The notes under the pieces are model-generated. The model was not told where the DNA came from. It saw nothing but the letters and a program-made list of their open reading frames with translations, and did no database searches. Positions 39,222 through 51,400 of a stretch of DNA of 64,000 nt are shown here, piece after piece. The stretch lies in contig OZ176055.1 in the NCBI GenBank assembly GCA_964247055.1, positions 4,526,001 through 4,590,000 on the forward strand. Direction: 5' to 3'. This DNA comes from Paragordius varius (lineage: Eukaryota > Animalia > Nematomorpha). Position numbers and translations under genes: made by a program. How positions within the stretch are numbered: position 1 is the stretch's first letter; the number at the start of each line of letters is the position of its first letter.

Positions 39222-40201
39222 GGGGTGATTAAATTTTTTTTACTTGACTTGCAAGTTTTTCAAGTCATGGTTTGCTTTCATGTGATAAAAATTTAACATT
39301 AGACGACTTAAGTCAATCAATAAAACTTGATTCGAAGGTGAAAAAATCATATGATTATAGATTTTGCAAGTGTGGTGCAGGGCACTCTGACAGATTTTAA
39401 AATATTGATAAAATTATTTTGGAATTATGTATATAATTTAGGCTTTATATGTAATTAAATCCTTTATTAATGATATAAATTGTTTATTTGATAAATTTTA
39501 GCTAAGTAACCTATTTAAATTGGGTGGTTACAAAAGAGGATATTTTTGGAAAAACTCTGCTAATATTTAAGAACAATGCACACAAAAATATGCTAAATAT
39601 ATCAATTCTCACTCGCAAAAAAATTGATTTTCGAAAATTTCTTAAAATTAATAATTTAATATTAATTTTGTAAAATTCAAATCTTCGTTTAATAAACGCT
39701 AAAGGTTACAATACTTTTAAAAAATTTATTTCATCATAGATTTATTTCGGTAATGTTGATAATCAATTAAAAATAATATGTAATATTGTAGAAACATCTT
39801 TTTATTTATTTGCAAATGAACTGCTAACAAAATGAGAGAGTGTTTTAAGGAAGAATGGTTTCATCAACTTAAAAGTTATTACCGGGCGTAATAATTAGAA
39901 AAATCTAAAATATTAAATAAGATACGTGCCAGTGAGTCAGAAAAACTTCAATAAATGCATATTGTATTAATTGTTAATCTTTTTGTAACTTATGTCATAA
40001 ATTTTGGCTGAAAAATGATCAAAATAATTTCCGTAAAATTCGAATTGGTTGGCAAAAAAAAATTTTACATTCATAAGCAAAAGACTTGACTTAAGTGTTT
40101 TTTTATCACCGATCTTCAAGTGTACACTTGCTGACTTAAGTAAACTTGCTCAACTTGCCACGCTTGACTTACAAGTCAAGTGCGACTTTTTTTATCACCT
40201 C
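39222..40201. mobile_element. Non-autonomous DNA transposon with GRGGTGAT TIRs and CTTGACTT/AAGTCAAG subterminal repeats
   Basis: Left end GGGGTGATTAAA..CTTGACTTG mirrors right end CAAGTCAAG..TTTTTTATCACCTC. No TSD identified, so the superfamily is not assigned. Confidence 0.5.
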
Positions 40202-40768
40202 ACCCAATATTAACTTTTTATCATTCAAAAACAGTCTATCTTTATTAATTTCTTAAAAATTATTTTAAATATAAATATAATTATAATATGTATTTAAAAA
40301 ATATATAAGTTTTCTAGGTACAAAATATCATTGAAAACATTTTTAAAACAATAATTTTGTTGATTGGAAAAATTTTGTTTGTAACAAAAAATTGGTTTAT
40401 AAAAATATTTTTAAATGAATAAATATAAAATAACTAGAGAAAAATAGGTTAAAAAATAATAATATAAAAATTTTTAAGGACCAACTTGAAGTCTTCGAGG
40501 ACACTCTTTAAGTGAAAATGGTCTATTTAGTCTATCATTGAGATTCGGGCCAAATTTACAGCAAAATTTTAGTCTGCAACTATTTTAAAAACTCAAAAAA
40601 ATACTTTTATTCACCAATTTATCAAAAATTAAACTGTCTGTGCCAAAAAAGCCAATGATTTCGGATCCACCATGAATTTCAAAAAAACAAATAAGTATTT
40701 TTTCACAAATTTAAAAATGAATTCCAAATCAACATAGTCTCACCACAGAAAAATGTAAAGATCGTAAT

Positions 40769-41240
40769 ATCCATCCATCCATCCATTTTAGGTCCCAGGG
40801 TATCTGGGGTTTCCATGCACCAACTTCCTGAACAATGTCCTATCAAAGACTTGTTCGTGTTCAATATTGAAGTGTGATAGATCTTGGGTCAGCTGTTTGG
40901 ACCATGTGAGTTTAGGGCGGCCTTTTCTGTTTGGGCCGGGTATATTTTAATGTTGTATTTTTTGGACCCAGTTATCTAATTTCATACGTTGAATATGTCC
41001 GTAATATCGCAATCGATTGCGCTGGATGAATAAAGCTATGGGTTCATCTTCTTCTATGGTATTATCAAAATTATTGTTGCAGTTTTGAGCATGTGATTTT
41101 CAGCTCTAGTAAGTCTATTTAGGTCTGTTGCTGTAAGGGCCCAGGTTTCTGTAGCGTATTCTTACAAAAGATGGTAATATATGGCGGGAATTAATTCGTG
41201 GCCACAAAACTCCGAATCTGGAGTCCTAATATTTTGCATC
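40769..41240 (-). mobile_element. RTE-type LINE 3' fragment with (GATG)n tail
   Basis: Reads YATETWALT..., IQRNRLRYYGHIQRM, GPNRKGRPKLTW, and ends in a TGGA/GATG microsatellite. Confidence 0.78.
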
Positions 41241-41522
41241 CATCAGGACAACATATACAATAATCATTCTATTATTAAAAGCAATAAAAGTGATTTATTA
41301 GAAACAAAGTCCGCATCTAAACGGCGAATGCTATTTGTATAACAACCCTCAAAGCACCGTTGACCATTTGTTGGTAATTTACCACACTCTATTAAATATT
41401 TGTAGTTAAGCATAATAATATTGTGGTGTTAAATGTACAAATTTATTATAATTAAAACAACATTGAATATAATTTAATTAGTAATTTCTATTTGTAATGT
41501 CATAAAAATATGAAGCCTATTA

Positions 41523-44500
41523 TCAAGTTTGGTCATTTTCATTTGGAAAATTTGGTGACGGAGAATGAGCTTCTGAGGCAAGAGCTGAATCAGAATTTTC
41601 GTGTAGAAGGACATATTCTCTTGTGCTGTATCCAAATTTTAAAACATCCCCTTCCATTAATTCATAATATCTAGCGTAAAATTAATAATAATTATAAAGA
41701 ATATAAACTTTATTCATTATATGATTATGTAATAATTTGATAATTTATACAGTAACATCTTTTGTGCAGCTTTTTTGGAAATTGACTCTTATCAATCTAA
41801 CCAATCTATAAAATGGTTATAAAGTAGGCTAATCATTTTTTTTCTGCCTAAAACCTCTATGACTACGTTGGTTAATACAAATATCGTTTTTAATATTTAA
41901 AGATAAACTCTTACAAATGAATTTTTTAATAATATTTGGTTCTAAAATATCATCAACAGCCATTTTGGTAGTTTTTATGATATGATGGTAAAAAAATTAA
42001 CGCAGATTTTATATTTCTTAAGTCGTGTCTTTAACCTAAAAATCCACTATAATTAAAAAAATCTTACATTCTTTATAAAATATATATCCATAAAGATCTA
42101 TATTATATTGCAAAAACAATTATTATTATATTATTAAGTAATTAAACCTTTGAGCTTCTATGAGTTTGTTATTAAGGTAGGTGCCATTGGCGCTGGCTAA
42201 ATCTATGATATAAGGTTTAATCTGTGCTTTGGGTTTCGGTTTAGGTTCTACAAAAAAAGATTTTGGAATTTTAAAAAATATTTTTGTATCTTAAATGTAT
42301 AAAAAAATATTCCCAAAATTAAATTGTCAAAAAACTTTTGTTTTTAATTTGGCTTTTTTGGTATATTAACCAATGTTTGTAACAAAAATAACATTTATAA
42401 TGTCTTTTTTTCTGTTTCTGAAACCAAGTTTTAACATGGTATTAAGAACCTATAAACGTTGACTTGCCTCTAATAAAATTAGATATTTTAATCTGAAACT
42501 ATCCAATGTTCATATAATAAAATGATTTAATAAAACTTCATCGTATAGCTATACTCTAAATCTAGGGTTAGACCTAGTGTTAATATTGAGTTTATCTTAA
42601 CTTTCATTTTTTTCATATATGTCAATTATTAATTTAAATTCGTATAACCGATTGCATTTATACCAAAATTGCAAAGTTGATACGAAATTTATAAGTGAAA
42701 ACCCCAAGTCAAACAGTTGTGTCGTACTGAACAAGCACGAAACTAGTGTGAGATTACTATTGACGAAGGGTTTCACATATCATTTATTATTTCAATTAAA
42801 TATAACTTTCGATTAATATTCTATTTAATTTTCGTTTAATTATCTTACGGATTTGACAACTGTTATTACAAAACATTATCAATCAGTCATTCAAATATAT
42901 ATTTAATTGTGTGTTTTAATTACAAACTTAAATTTTCTTGCTATAAGTTATGATTTTTGGAGGCTCAATTATTAAAAATTTTCGCTTATAAAATTAAGTA
43001 TATAGTGCAATCTAAGTTTAAGCCCTTTTTTGTACCTATGTAAAGCATTTAAAAATACATATATAATGATGAAAAATGAGGCAAAAATAACCAAGGGCTG
43101 AAGCGTCAGTTATGACGGTTGAAGGGTCAAAATCGACGGTAATTTCGTTTTTTTCTTCTCCTTGGGGCATGACAGCTCTAAACTGAAGGACTGCGTGTTG
43201 TTTAGAACAGGAAGGATGATCCACAGGGATTTCACTTATTCGCCTATCTCGGCCAATCATATAAGCGCTTTGACGGTGCAAATATAATATGGATCCTATT
43301 GATTGGCCCGACTTAAACGGGTACAATCTCCAACGTATTTTGGGTATTCTAACAGATCAAAAATTAATAATTTATATGTCAACTGGCTATATTAAATTTT
43401 AATAACACAAATGTCCCAAATTATAGATATCACGCTAAGCTTAATTTAATTTTTTAGTATTAAAAACATAGCTTATTAAGATTTTAAATTATTAAAAATT
43501 AATTAAAGTAATCTAATTTGAGTCTCGCAAAAACAGAAAAGGGGTGCTTAATAACAAAGTTATGGTTTAATAAAGTTGAAGACAACACATTCATTTCATT
43601 CCTCCGATTCGAATTGGGGTAGTTAGCTACCACAGGCCTGTTTAATAAATTCTTCAAAAAATATAAAAGGAATCGAAACCATGGCAAAAGTTTGCCTTTA
43701 TGTAATATTAATCTAAATATGAATGAAATTCATTCAAAAATATTTGATATTACTAATTTTAATGTAAAACACAAAAGTAAAAATTTAGTCAACATGACAT
43801 GTGTGCATTAGCTAAATTCAAAAATTATACAAAACAAACTACTTTTTTATTTCTATCAATGTTATATGTGATTTAAATAAATAGGTTTAATTTTAGCTTT
43901 AAAATTAAATAAAGACAATATTTTATAAAAATATTATAAAATAAAAATGGCGTCGAAGTAATTTGATATGGAACTTTTTTTCAAAACTAAAGCGTTTCAT
44001 TCAAGATTTTTTAAACAACATCAACTTAAATATAGTCAGAGGTATTTAGATACCCCAATTTGAATCGAAGTATTATACGTTAAATATCATTTTTAGCAGA
44101 TGATAGAGAAATTTTTGAACTTAAATTGGTGTTTTATAAAAAACATGTTTAAAATAGAAAAATTAAAAAAATATTAGGTGTTAACGGCAAATTTTCAAAG
44201 TAAATTATTTGCAATAAATACATATAATATTCATATCATAATAAACATGAGTTAGATATATAAAAATAAATTATAATTACATATTTTGTACATTGATATA
44301 TAGCAGGAGGGTCCAACATGCAGACCTCCATAAATTTTTATGCAACCCGCAAAATATTTAAATTTTTTTATATAAAATTCAAATTCCATGCAATACACAG
44401 GTTATAAATTTTTAGGACGTAAAATACTAATATATAACACATTTATTTGTTTGGTTTAAAGCAGGGTGTCCAACAAATGGCTAAAGTGGGCAAATTATTA

Positions 44501-45417
44501 ATTCCAAAAACCCGGTGGCCGCATTTAAAACATTTATTAGCATCATAAATTAATTTATTGAATTTTAAACATAAGTCTCAAAATGCAAACACGATATAGT
44601 GATTTTTCTAGTTCTTGCCAAACGGGTACAGGTATTTTAAAAAATTGCTAAAAAAATATCAATTTTATTAAGTATATGAGCCAATTTATATATTTATGGA
44701 TTTTATATATCACGAGCCGCATATCAGAGGGCTGCGTGTTGGAGACTCCTGTTAAAGTATATCTGCTTTTTACTGTAAAAATATCAATTAAAAGCTGTTT
44801 TGGCAATGAAATGACTTGCATAAATTGGTGAAAAATATACTTTAAATTGTGTTTGTAGAATATTGTGTTTTAAAATTGTAAAATAATGCCTCTGTCCTTA
44901 TATTTATATAAATAGGACCCTCTTAGTTTTTTAAATTGTAAATGCGGCTCTTAAAGTTCTTTGTGTTGGGAGTTCCCGGTATAATATCTAAATTTTTATA
45001 ACACTGCTAATAACAACTATATTGAACATATAATTATATTGATAAAAATTAATACCTTGCTTCAGAGGGTTCATTGTATTTTATAACAACACCTTTAAGT
45101 TTGTTGGTTTCTTCGGTCAGTTTACCAGAAAGTTCAAAATTAGGACCCTCTTTTGGAACTTTTGGCTTTTCTTCTTCGTGTTTAATATTGTGTTCAGGTT
45201 TTCCCCATTGTACTTTATTAAAATCATTATGATATTTTTCAACAGCAGAATATCCAGACTTGTTGGACTTGGGATTATGCTTTTTATATATAATTTTTTC
45301 AATATCACTTTCTTCTACGTGACTCATTTGAGGAGACATTGACCATTTAGTTCTTGAACTTATCTTGGTTTCTGCATATTTATTTTTGCGTTTGTGAGAT
45401 TGGGAATCGCCTTTCAT
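41523..45417 (-). CDS. SNIP1: Smad nuclear-interacting protein 1 (FHA domain; RES complex Pml1 homolog; about 288 aa)
   Basis: Exons 45417-45056, 43348-43092, 42247-42148, 41670-41523. Motifs PNFELSGKLTEETN, KYNEPSEARIPKIRWRLYPFK, HRQSAYMIGR, DHPSCSKQHAVLQFR, KPYIIDLASANGTYLN, RYYELMEGDVLKFGYSTREYVLLHE. Confidence 0.95.
43760..44071 (-). mobile_element. Partial inverted copy of the piggyBac-like MITE
   Basis: Contains GGTATTTAGATACCCCAATTTGAATCGAAG, the reverse of the family left end, plus AAAATGGCGTCGAAGTA. Boundaries approximate. Confidence 0.55.
44462..44751. mobile_element. hAT-Charlie-like MITE
   Basis: Ends CAGGGTGTCCAAC...GTTGGAGACTCCTG. Left flank GTTTAAAG is partly repeated on the right. 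Body homologous to 16584-16864. Confidence 0.7.
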
Positions 45418-45440
45418 TTGCGCAGCAAATGTAAAAATGA

Positions 45441-46188
45441 ATGACCGATTTTAAATCATGGTTTATCGCGATAAAAAACGACAAAACAAATTACATTCAA
45501 AATATCTCAGATTTGCCACATAGTAAATCTTGTTTACATAATTTTAATGATTTTAATAAACATTGCAATTTATATGAAATTAAAGAAATTCCTGGATTGA
45601 TATTGATAAAACATTTATTTACGCATGAGGCAAGTGTGAAATGGTATAATCGGTAATGTAAATTTAATCAATAGATGCATGAAAATATATCCTGATCTTC
45701 CTGGTAAATCAAATTTACTACATAAAAATTCAAAAACTCGATTACGATGGCTTACGTTTGGACTTCATCATAATTGGGACACTAAAGTATACAATTACGA
45801 AGATTCATCTCCCATTCCCGACGATATTATTAATATCAGCCTAAATATTTCTAAAATATTTAATTTTGATCCATATAATCCAGAAGCCGTTATTGTTAAC
45901 TATTATGAACCAGGAGATATACTGCGTGGCCATATAGATGCTTCTGAAATCGACATGACAAAACCATTAATATCCTTAAGTTTTGGTTATTCTGCCATTT
46001 TTTTAGTCCAAAGTAATGAGGAAAGAGTTGCATTACTACTTGAACATGGTGACATATTACTTATGAGTGGTGATTCTCGTTTTGCCATGCATGGTGTGCC
46101 TAAAGTTTTTCCTAATGACTTGCAGGATGAAAATTTATTTACTTCTAGAGTCAATATAAATATTCGACAAGTGTTTCCAAATAAATAA
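45441..46188 (+). CDS. ALKBH1: AlkB homolog 1, 2OG-Fe(II) dioxygenase (about 241 aa)
   Basis: Exons 45441-45652 and 45675-46188 (22-nt intron). Motifs IPGLILIK, LRWLTFGLHHNWDTKVY, PEAVIVNYY, GHIDASE (HxD), HGVP, RVNINIRQV. Confidence 0.93.
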
Positions 46189-46449
46189 ATATTTTTAAAA
46201 ACTATGCTTATAAGGATTATTCCATAGTTGTAATTTTTAATATCACCATTTTATAGATTTACTCATTAACTAAGGGATATAGAGTTTATTTTTATGATGC
46301 TTTTTCCGTAATAATTTTTTATATATCATGTGATCCATAAGTTTACATATTTTATGATTATTTACAAAGTGTATAAAAATCTCGAATGTGGGAATATACA
46401 TGGATCATTATCCGCATAACCCCTTTTTAAAAAATTAAAATTATTATTT

Positions 46450-46930
46450 AAAATTTATTTATACTCAATTCATCATTTGAATGGGGAATCGCCATAAAAT
46501 GACGATACACCCGTTTTTTCCAGTCTTTTCTTGATCTGGCTAATTCTAGATTTAAATTAAGCGATTCGAGGTCATTTGTTATTGTATGCCATGTGTTATG
46601 GGGTCCGGGTTTTGAAGGTTCAACCGAGTAATATTTCATAGTATTAAGAATATGGGCATATTTCTGTCTTTCAGCTCGTCCAGCCCATTGTAACCGGCGA
46701 TTTCTGATGAGGTGAGATTGAGTATATGGTACGGGTTTATGGATTCGCTATAATTTAATTTAGAAGGATTGTGTGCGAATAATATTGTTTTAAGGATTTT
46801 GTCAATTATATAATATAATTTATAATTATCTTCTGTTGTTAGTTTTCCGGCATTCGTAGGCCTATATTTATAAAAATTTCTTGAGATCAAATAATATTTT
46901 GGTTGTGGGAAGGAAGTTACAAACAATTAT
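46450..46930 (-). mobile_element. Degenerate RTE-type LINE 3' fragment
   Basis: KPGPHNTWHTITNDLESLNL...ARSRKDWKKRV matches the RTE C-terminal pattern. The upstream ORF-track piece is a frameshifted continuation. Confidence 0.55.
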
Positions 46931-48012
46931 AAGTTTTATCATGAAAATTCCTCTAAATAAACAAATTTATGATAGCATGAGCCATATACTTTATAGGCGC
47001 TGTTTTCTTAATAAAGCTGGAGTACTTTGTCTGTATAGTGGAAAAGCAATATATGACATTAATATGAAAATTTTTGGGTGGTTTAGGTTTGCTCGGCTAA
47101 CTTAAATCGTCTGAAATAAAAAAGGAAGCTAAACCTACACACTCATATTGAAAAGCCAATTAAAATAATTTTAAATATGGTAAATTATGATATTTGCATT
47201 CTAAGTTAACTGAATCTCGTATGAATAAAGACTTAAGCGGTTTCAAATTTTAATATCGACAAGGTATTTGTGATAAGGATAATCATATATATATATATAT
47301 ATCTCCTACTAATATGTTTAAGGGGATGTTGCGGCCCCAGGGACTTTTTCTGAGGCTCAAGAAATTCAAAAATTTATATGTATTTTTGATGGGCCTTTTA
47401 GTTTTCGAAAATTTTTTTATACCCATTCATAATTGTTAAATTGATTTTTAAACCTCATATCTAAGAAATCATAAAATATTTGTAACATTATATATAACAA
47501 GGCATATGGATTGAAATCAGTTTTAAACGGCAATCTTAACTAAATAAGATAAGTCCGCAAACTTACAGTTTAATTTTTGTACTATTCAGAAAAAAGTTTA
47601 TTATTTTATAAATAGTTTTTAGAATGTTAAATAACTAGGTCCTAATTTGCACAGGATTTGCCAAAAGTCCTTTATTATTTAGATAGATAATTTTTGAACT
47701 TCAAAAACGTGTTCTTTCAATTATAGCCGTTAAAAAATTATTAAATTTTTATAACCCTGAATATAAGAATTTCAAATAATTTTTTAAGCAAACTAATTTC
47801 CATTTCACCTTGGAAAAAAATAAAAATATTTTGTCTTTACATAATTATGCAAAACTAATGACAAACATCGTGAATAATTATTTTTAAACAATTAGCAAAC
47901 CTTGACATTGTATACAAATAATGTATTATAAAAGCGATTTATTTGTTATTTAGGTAAATGTAATAGTTTTTAAAACTATATAAAGCGGGTAATTTCCCAC
48001 TTAAATTTAACA

Positions 48013-48305
48013 ATGAAACTATTCGTTCAATCTTTGGTAAGTATTTTTTGATAATAACCAAATTTGAGATGTGGAATCTCTGTACTATTTAATATTTTGT
48101 TAATTATTAGCTGCTAGGGATATTCATACTTCAGGCCGCGATAATTTCGGTACGAGGGATTGAAAGTGCTGGAATAGCTGAACCACATCACAAGAAATGG
48201 CTAATTGCTCCTGATGATACCTTAGTAGTGCACAGAAGTAAACGTCAAAGAGGTCATGGCCATCGAGGTGGGGGAAGACGGGGAGGCGGAAGGCATCGCG
48301 GTTAA
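48013..48305 (+). CDS. 72-aa secreted prepropeptide releasing a Gly/Arg/His-rich cationic peptide; absent from the ORF track
   Basis: Exons 48013-48036 and 48111-48305, separated by a 74-nt GTAAGT...TTATTAG phase-0 intron. Reads MKLFVQSL|LLGIFILQAAIISVRGIESAGIAEPHHKKWLIAPDDTLVVHRSKRQRGHGHRGGGRRGGGRHRG*. Confidence 0.8.
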
Positions 48306-48440
48306 GAAAAACGTTTTTTAAAGAACGAATTATGCAAAGTTTTTAAATTTAATTTCAATAAATATTGAATATGTAGAGATAAATTTATTCATTCCCCAGC
48401 CAAAGTGTACAAAAATAATATGGTTATGGAATATTTTGCT

Positions 48441-51400
48441 TTATTTTTTTCTTTTTTTGGTTTTGTCTGCTTTTTTCTTTTCAACCATTTTTTTCTTGGG
48501 TTTAGAAGATTTGGTGGTGGAAAATTTATCATTAGTATTTCCACTACTATCTTTTGCGACTTTTGTGATGTTTGGCTTATTCTTCTGTTCTTTTTTAAGT
48601 ATTTCTGTGGTTTGTGTATTTTGTATTTGTTTTTCAGAAGGTGTTAAACGTTTTGTATCTTTGGGAATCAAAGTAGTATTACTGTCATCTGATGATTCCA
48701 GTATCTCTGCGTCAGCGGTAGACGATTCATTGGAAATATGAGTTGAAGATAGTGTTGGAGAAGATGTTTCGAAAATTTCATTTAATTTTTCTCTCTCGCG
48801 TTTGTCGGGAAGAGAGGGCCCCTTTTCCACATCATTTTTTATTTCTTGCAAAGCGAATCCCATAGAGCTCGTGTTTGGCCGCTTAACCCCTGAAGGCGCG
48901 ACCGTATTACCATAGATATCGCAAGCTCGTTGACCCACATAACTTACGGCAGTTTCTGTGTCGCAACACGGACACGGAGCACTATCCATTAAATATCCTA
49001 TGGAAGGGCCAAGACTGTCTCCTGTAGATGCCATAATAATTGAAGAGTTTCGAACCGACGATTGGAAATAGCGGCCAATCACAAAGGTGATTACCTAATT
49101 ACAAAAAGGTTATCTGCTATAAGTATCTAAGATTGATTGGTATAAATATATTTCAGAGGCCTAAAAAGTTTATGCAAAGCAAAAAAGAGCCGTTTTAAGA
49201 ATATTTATATTAAGATGAAAATTAAATGGTCGACGGCGAATTATTATGGCATTTAGAATTAGAATAACCTATGTTTTTTATATTTAGCAATAAGACATTA
49301 AATAACTCATTCAGAATCCGATTCCCTTTTAGCACAAAGAAAATATTACGATTATGATCGTTTTTGAAACTAAATGTGAAAGAGGCATAAACAAAAGTTT
49401 TTGTGTTACCACTTGATGACCTTTTGGGGTAGTTTTATACCCCAGAAATCAAATAAAAATCCTAAAAAATGTTTCTAACATTGGGCCAAATCTAAAACCC
49501 ATGATACACAAAATTTTTTTTCAAATGTAGAAGTGTAAAAAAACCTCATCTCAAACTTTTTCGCTGCCATTTTTTTCTTTTTTTGTACTCGTTAATACAA
49601 TATGCAAATTAATGTATTGATAAAATATAAATAATTAACTTGGAAAGCTTTCAAAATGCAATTTACCAGCAAATTTTTAATATTTATTAATTTTTATATC
49701 AGCTGTTCATTTCAATGGTGTTAATGAATTTGGGACTATTGAAGTTAAAAAACTGTGACTTTTACAGAAGAGGGTTTCATAATTAAGTTTCAACCATTTT
49801 CAAAACAGTAGTTTGTTTACCACATTAGGCTTTGGAGTCGAAAACTACCCCAAAATGTCATCATTAAAAAATAAAAATTTAGGGAAGTAATCAGGTAGTA
49901 TTTATTAAAAATAGAATAAAATACATCGATAGCCTTAATTTTTCTTATATCTGAACCTGTAAAACCCCAAGTGTCCAAATTAAATATGTTCCGATATCGA
50001 CGTAATCATCGAAGGCAATAATTATGGCTTTACTGCACCCTTGCAAGTTGATAGTTAGTTGAGTCGAAGGATTTACATTGATAAACACAGGTTTTGCTGC
50101 AGTTTGTAAGGATTTTTTGGTCGCTCCCAAAAAACCCGTATTCTCTTCCGAATGAAGGCACATAGTAACATTGATTTGACAACAACTAAATGGGACGCTT
50201 TTTGACAAGTATTCGTCGTGTTTAATTTTGCTATGTTTTTTAATATACATATAAGCGAATCTCGACTCAATCGACTGTTGTATTTACGCACGGCATGAAT
50301 ATTTAAAGTCAATTATAGAATTTTCCAAATTAAAAAAGGACATTTTGGCGGAAAACATTTATACATTAGAAAATTAAACTTTTTTGGTTTTTGATTCCAT
50401 AATTAATGTGATAAAATCATATTATTGATAAATAAAATTTTAAATTAATTGAAAATCTCATTTACTATTCATTTTATTCATTTTTATTATCTTTCTTTGT
50501 GTTTTTTTACTTTTTTAATGCTTGATCGTTAACATCAATATATTTTAGTGAAATCCAACCAACTGTATACCATTCAGTATGATTTTTGCCCCCGCAACAT
50601 TCAAAACTGGTTTGTAGATAATCTAAGATTGATTTAGTTTTTGGATCCGATTTGTATCTACGCACAGAAAAGTTGAAAAATTAATTTTTTTGATACCAAG
50701 TTGATCAGTATTTTTTAGACAGATCTAGCAGGAAACTTGTCTGTAAAATTCATTTTAAATTTAATTATACTGTTTGAGTCGGCAACAGGCATCCCTTTAC
50801 TACTATTTATGCGGCCTGCTAATGGTTCAATAGAGGTTTTAAAAACGTACAGTTAATTTGCGACCTGCTTTATACATTTTAAATGGACTACCGCCCGAAA
50901 AAAATGTCCGGTAGTTAATTCTTATGAGAAAATCGAAATGTGGCAACTCTTGAAAAAACCGCATTAGATATGATTATTAACACTTCGATTCAAATTGGGG
51001 TATCTAAATACCCCAGACTGAATTTAAATTAAAATTTTTAAAAACTGAAGGAAACGGTCCCAATTTAAATTTATGCTTCTATCCTGATAAATATTATATA
51101 AATATGCCAAAATATCTTGATAAAATTTTGTTTTGAAAAAAAAGTTTCATCTCAAACTACTTCGACGCCATTTTTAATTTACAAAACTTTTGCAAAATAT
51201 CGTCTTCATTTAATTTTAAGGGTAAAACTAAAGGTTATTTTTTATATAAATTACATCTAACATTAATAGAAATAGAAAAAGCGGTTTATTTTGTACTATT
51301 TTTTAATTTTACAATTTGACACATGTCACGTTGACTAAATTTTTACCTTTCAGTTTTAGCTCAAAATAAGTAATATCAAGTATTTTTGAATAAATTTTTT

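Noticed and set aside
48405-48741. Hydrophobic plus-strand ORFs (80 and 101 aa)
   Set aside because: Antisense shadows of the Lys-rich tetraspanin tail exon.
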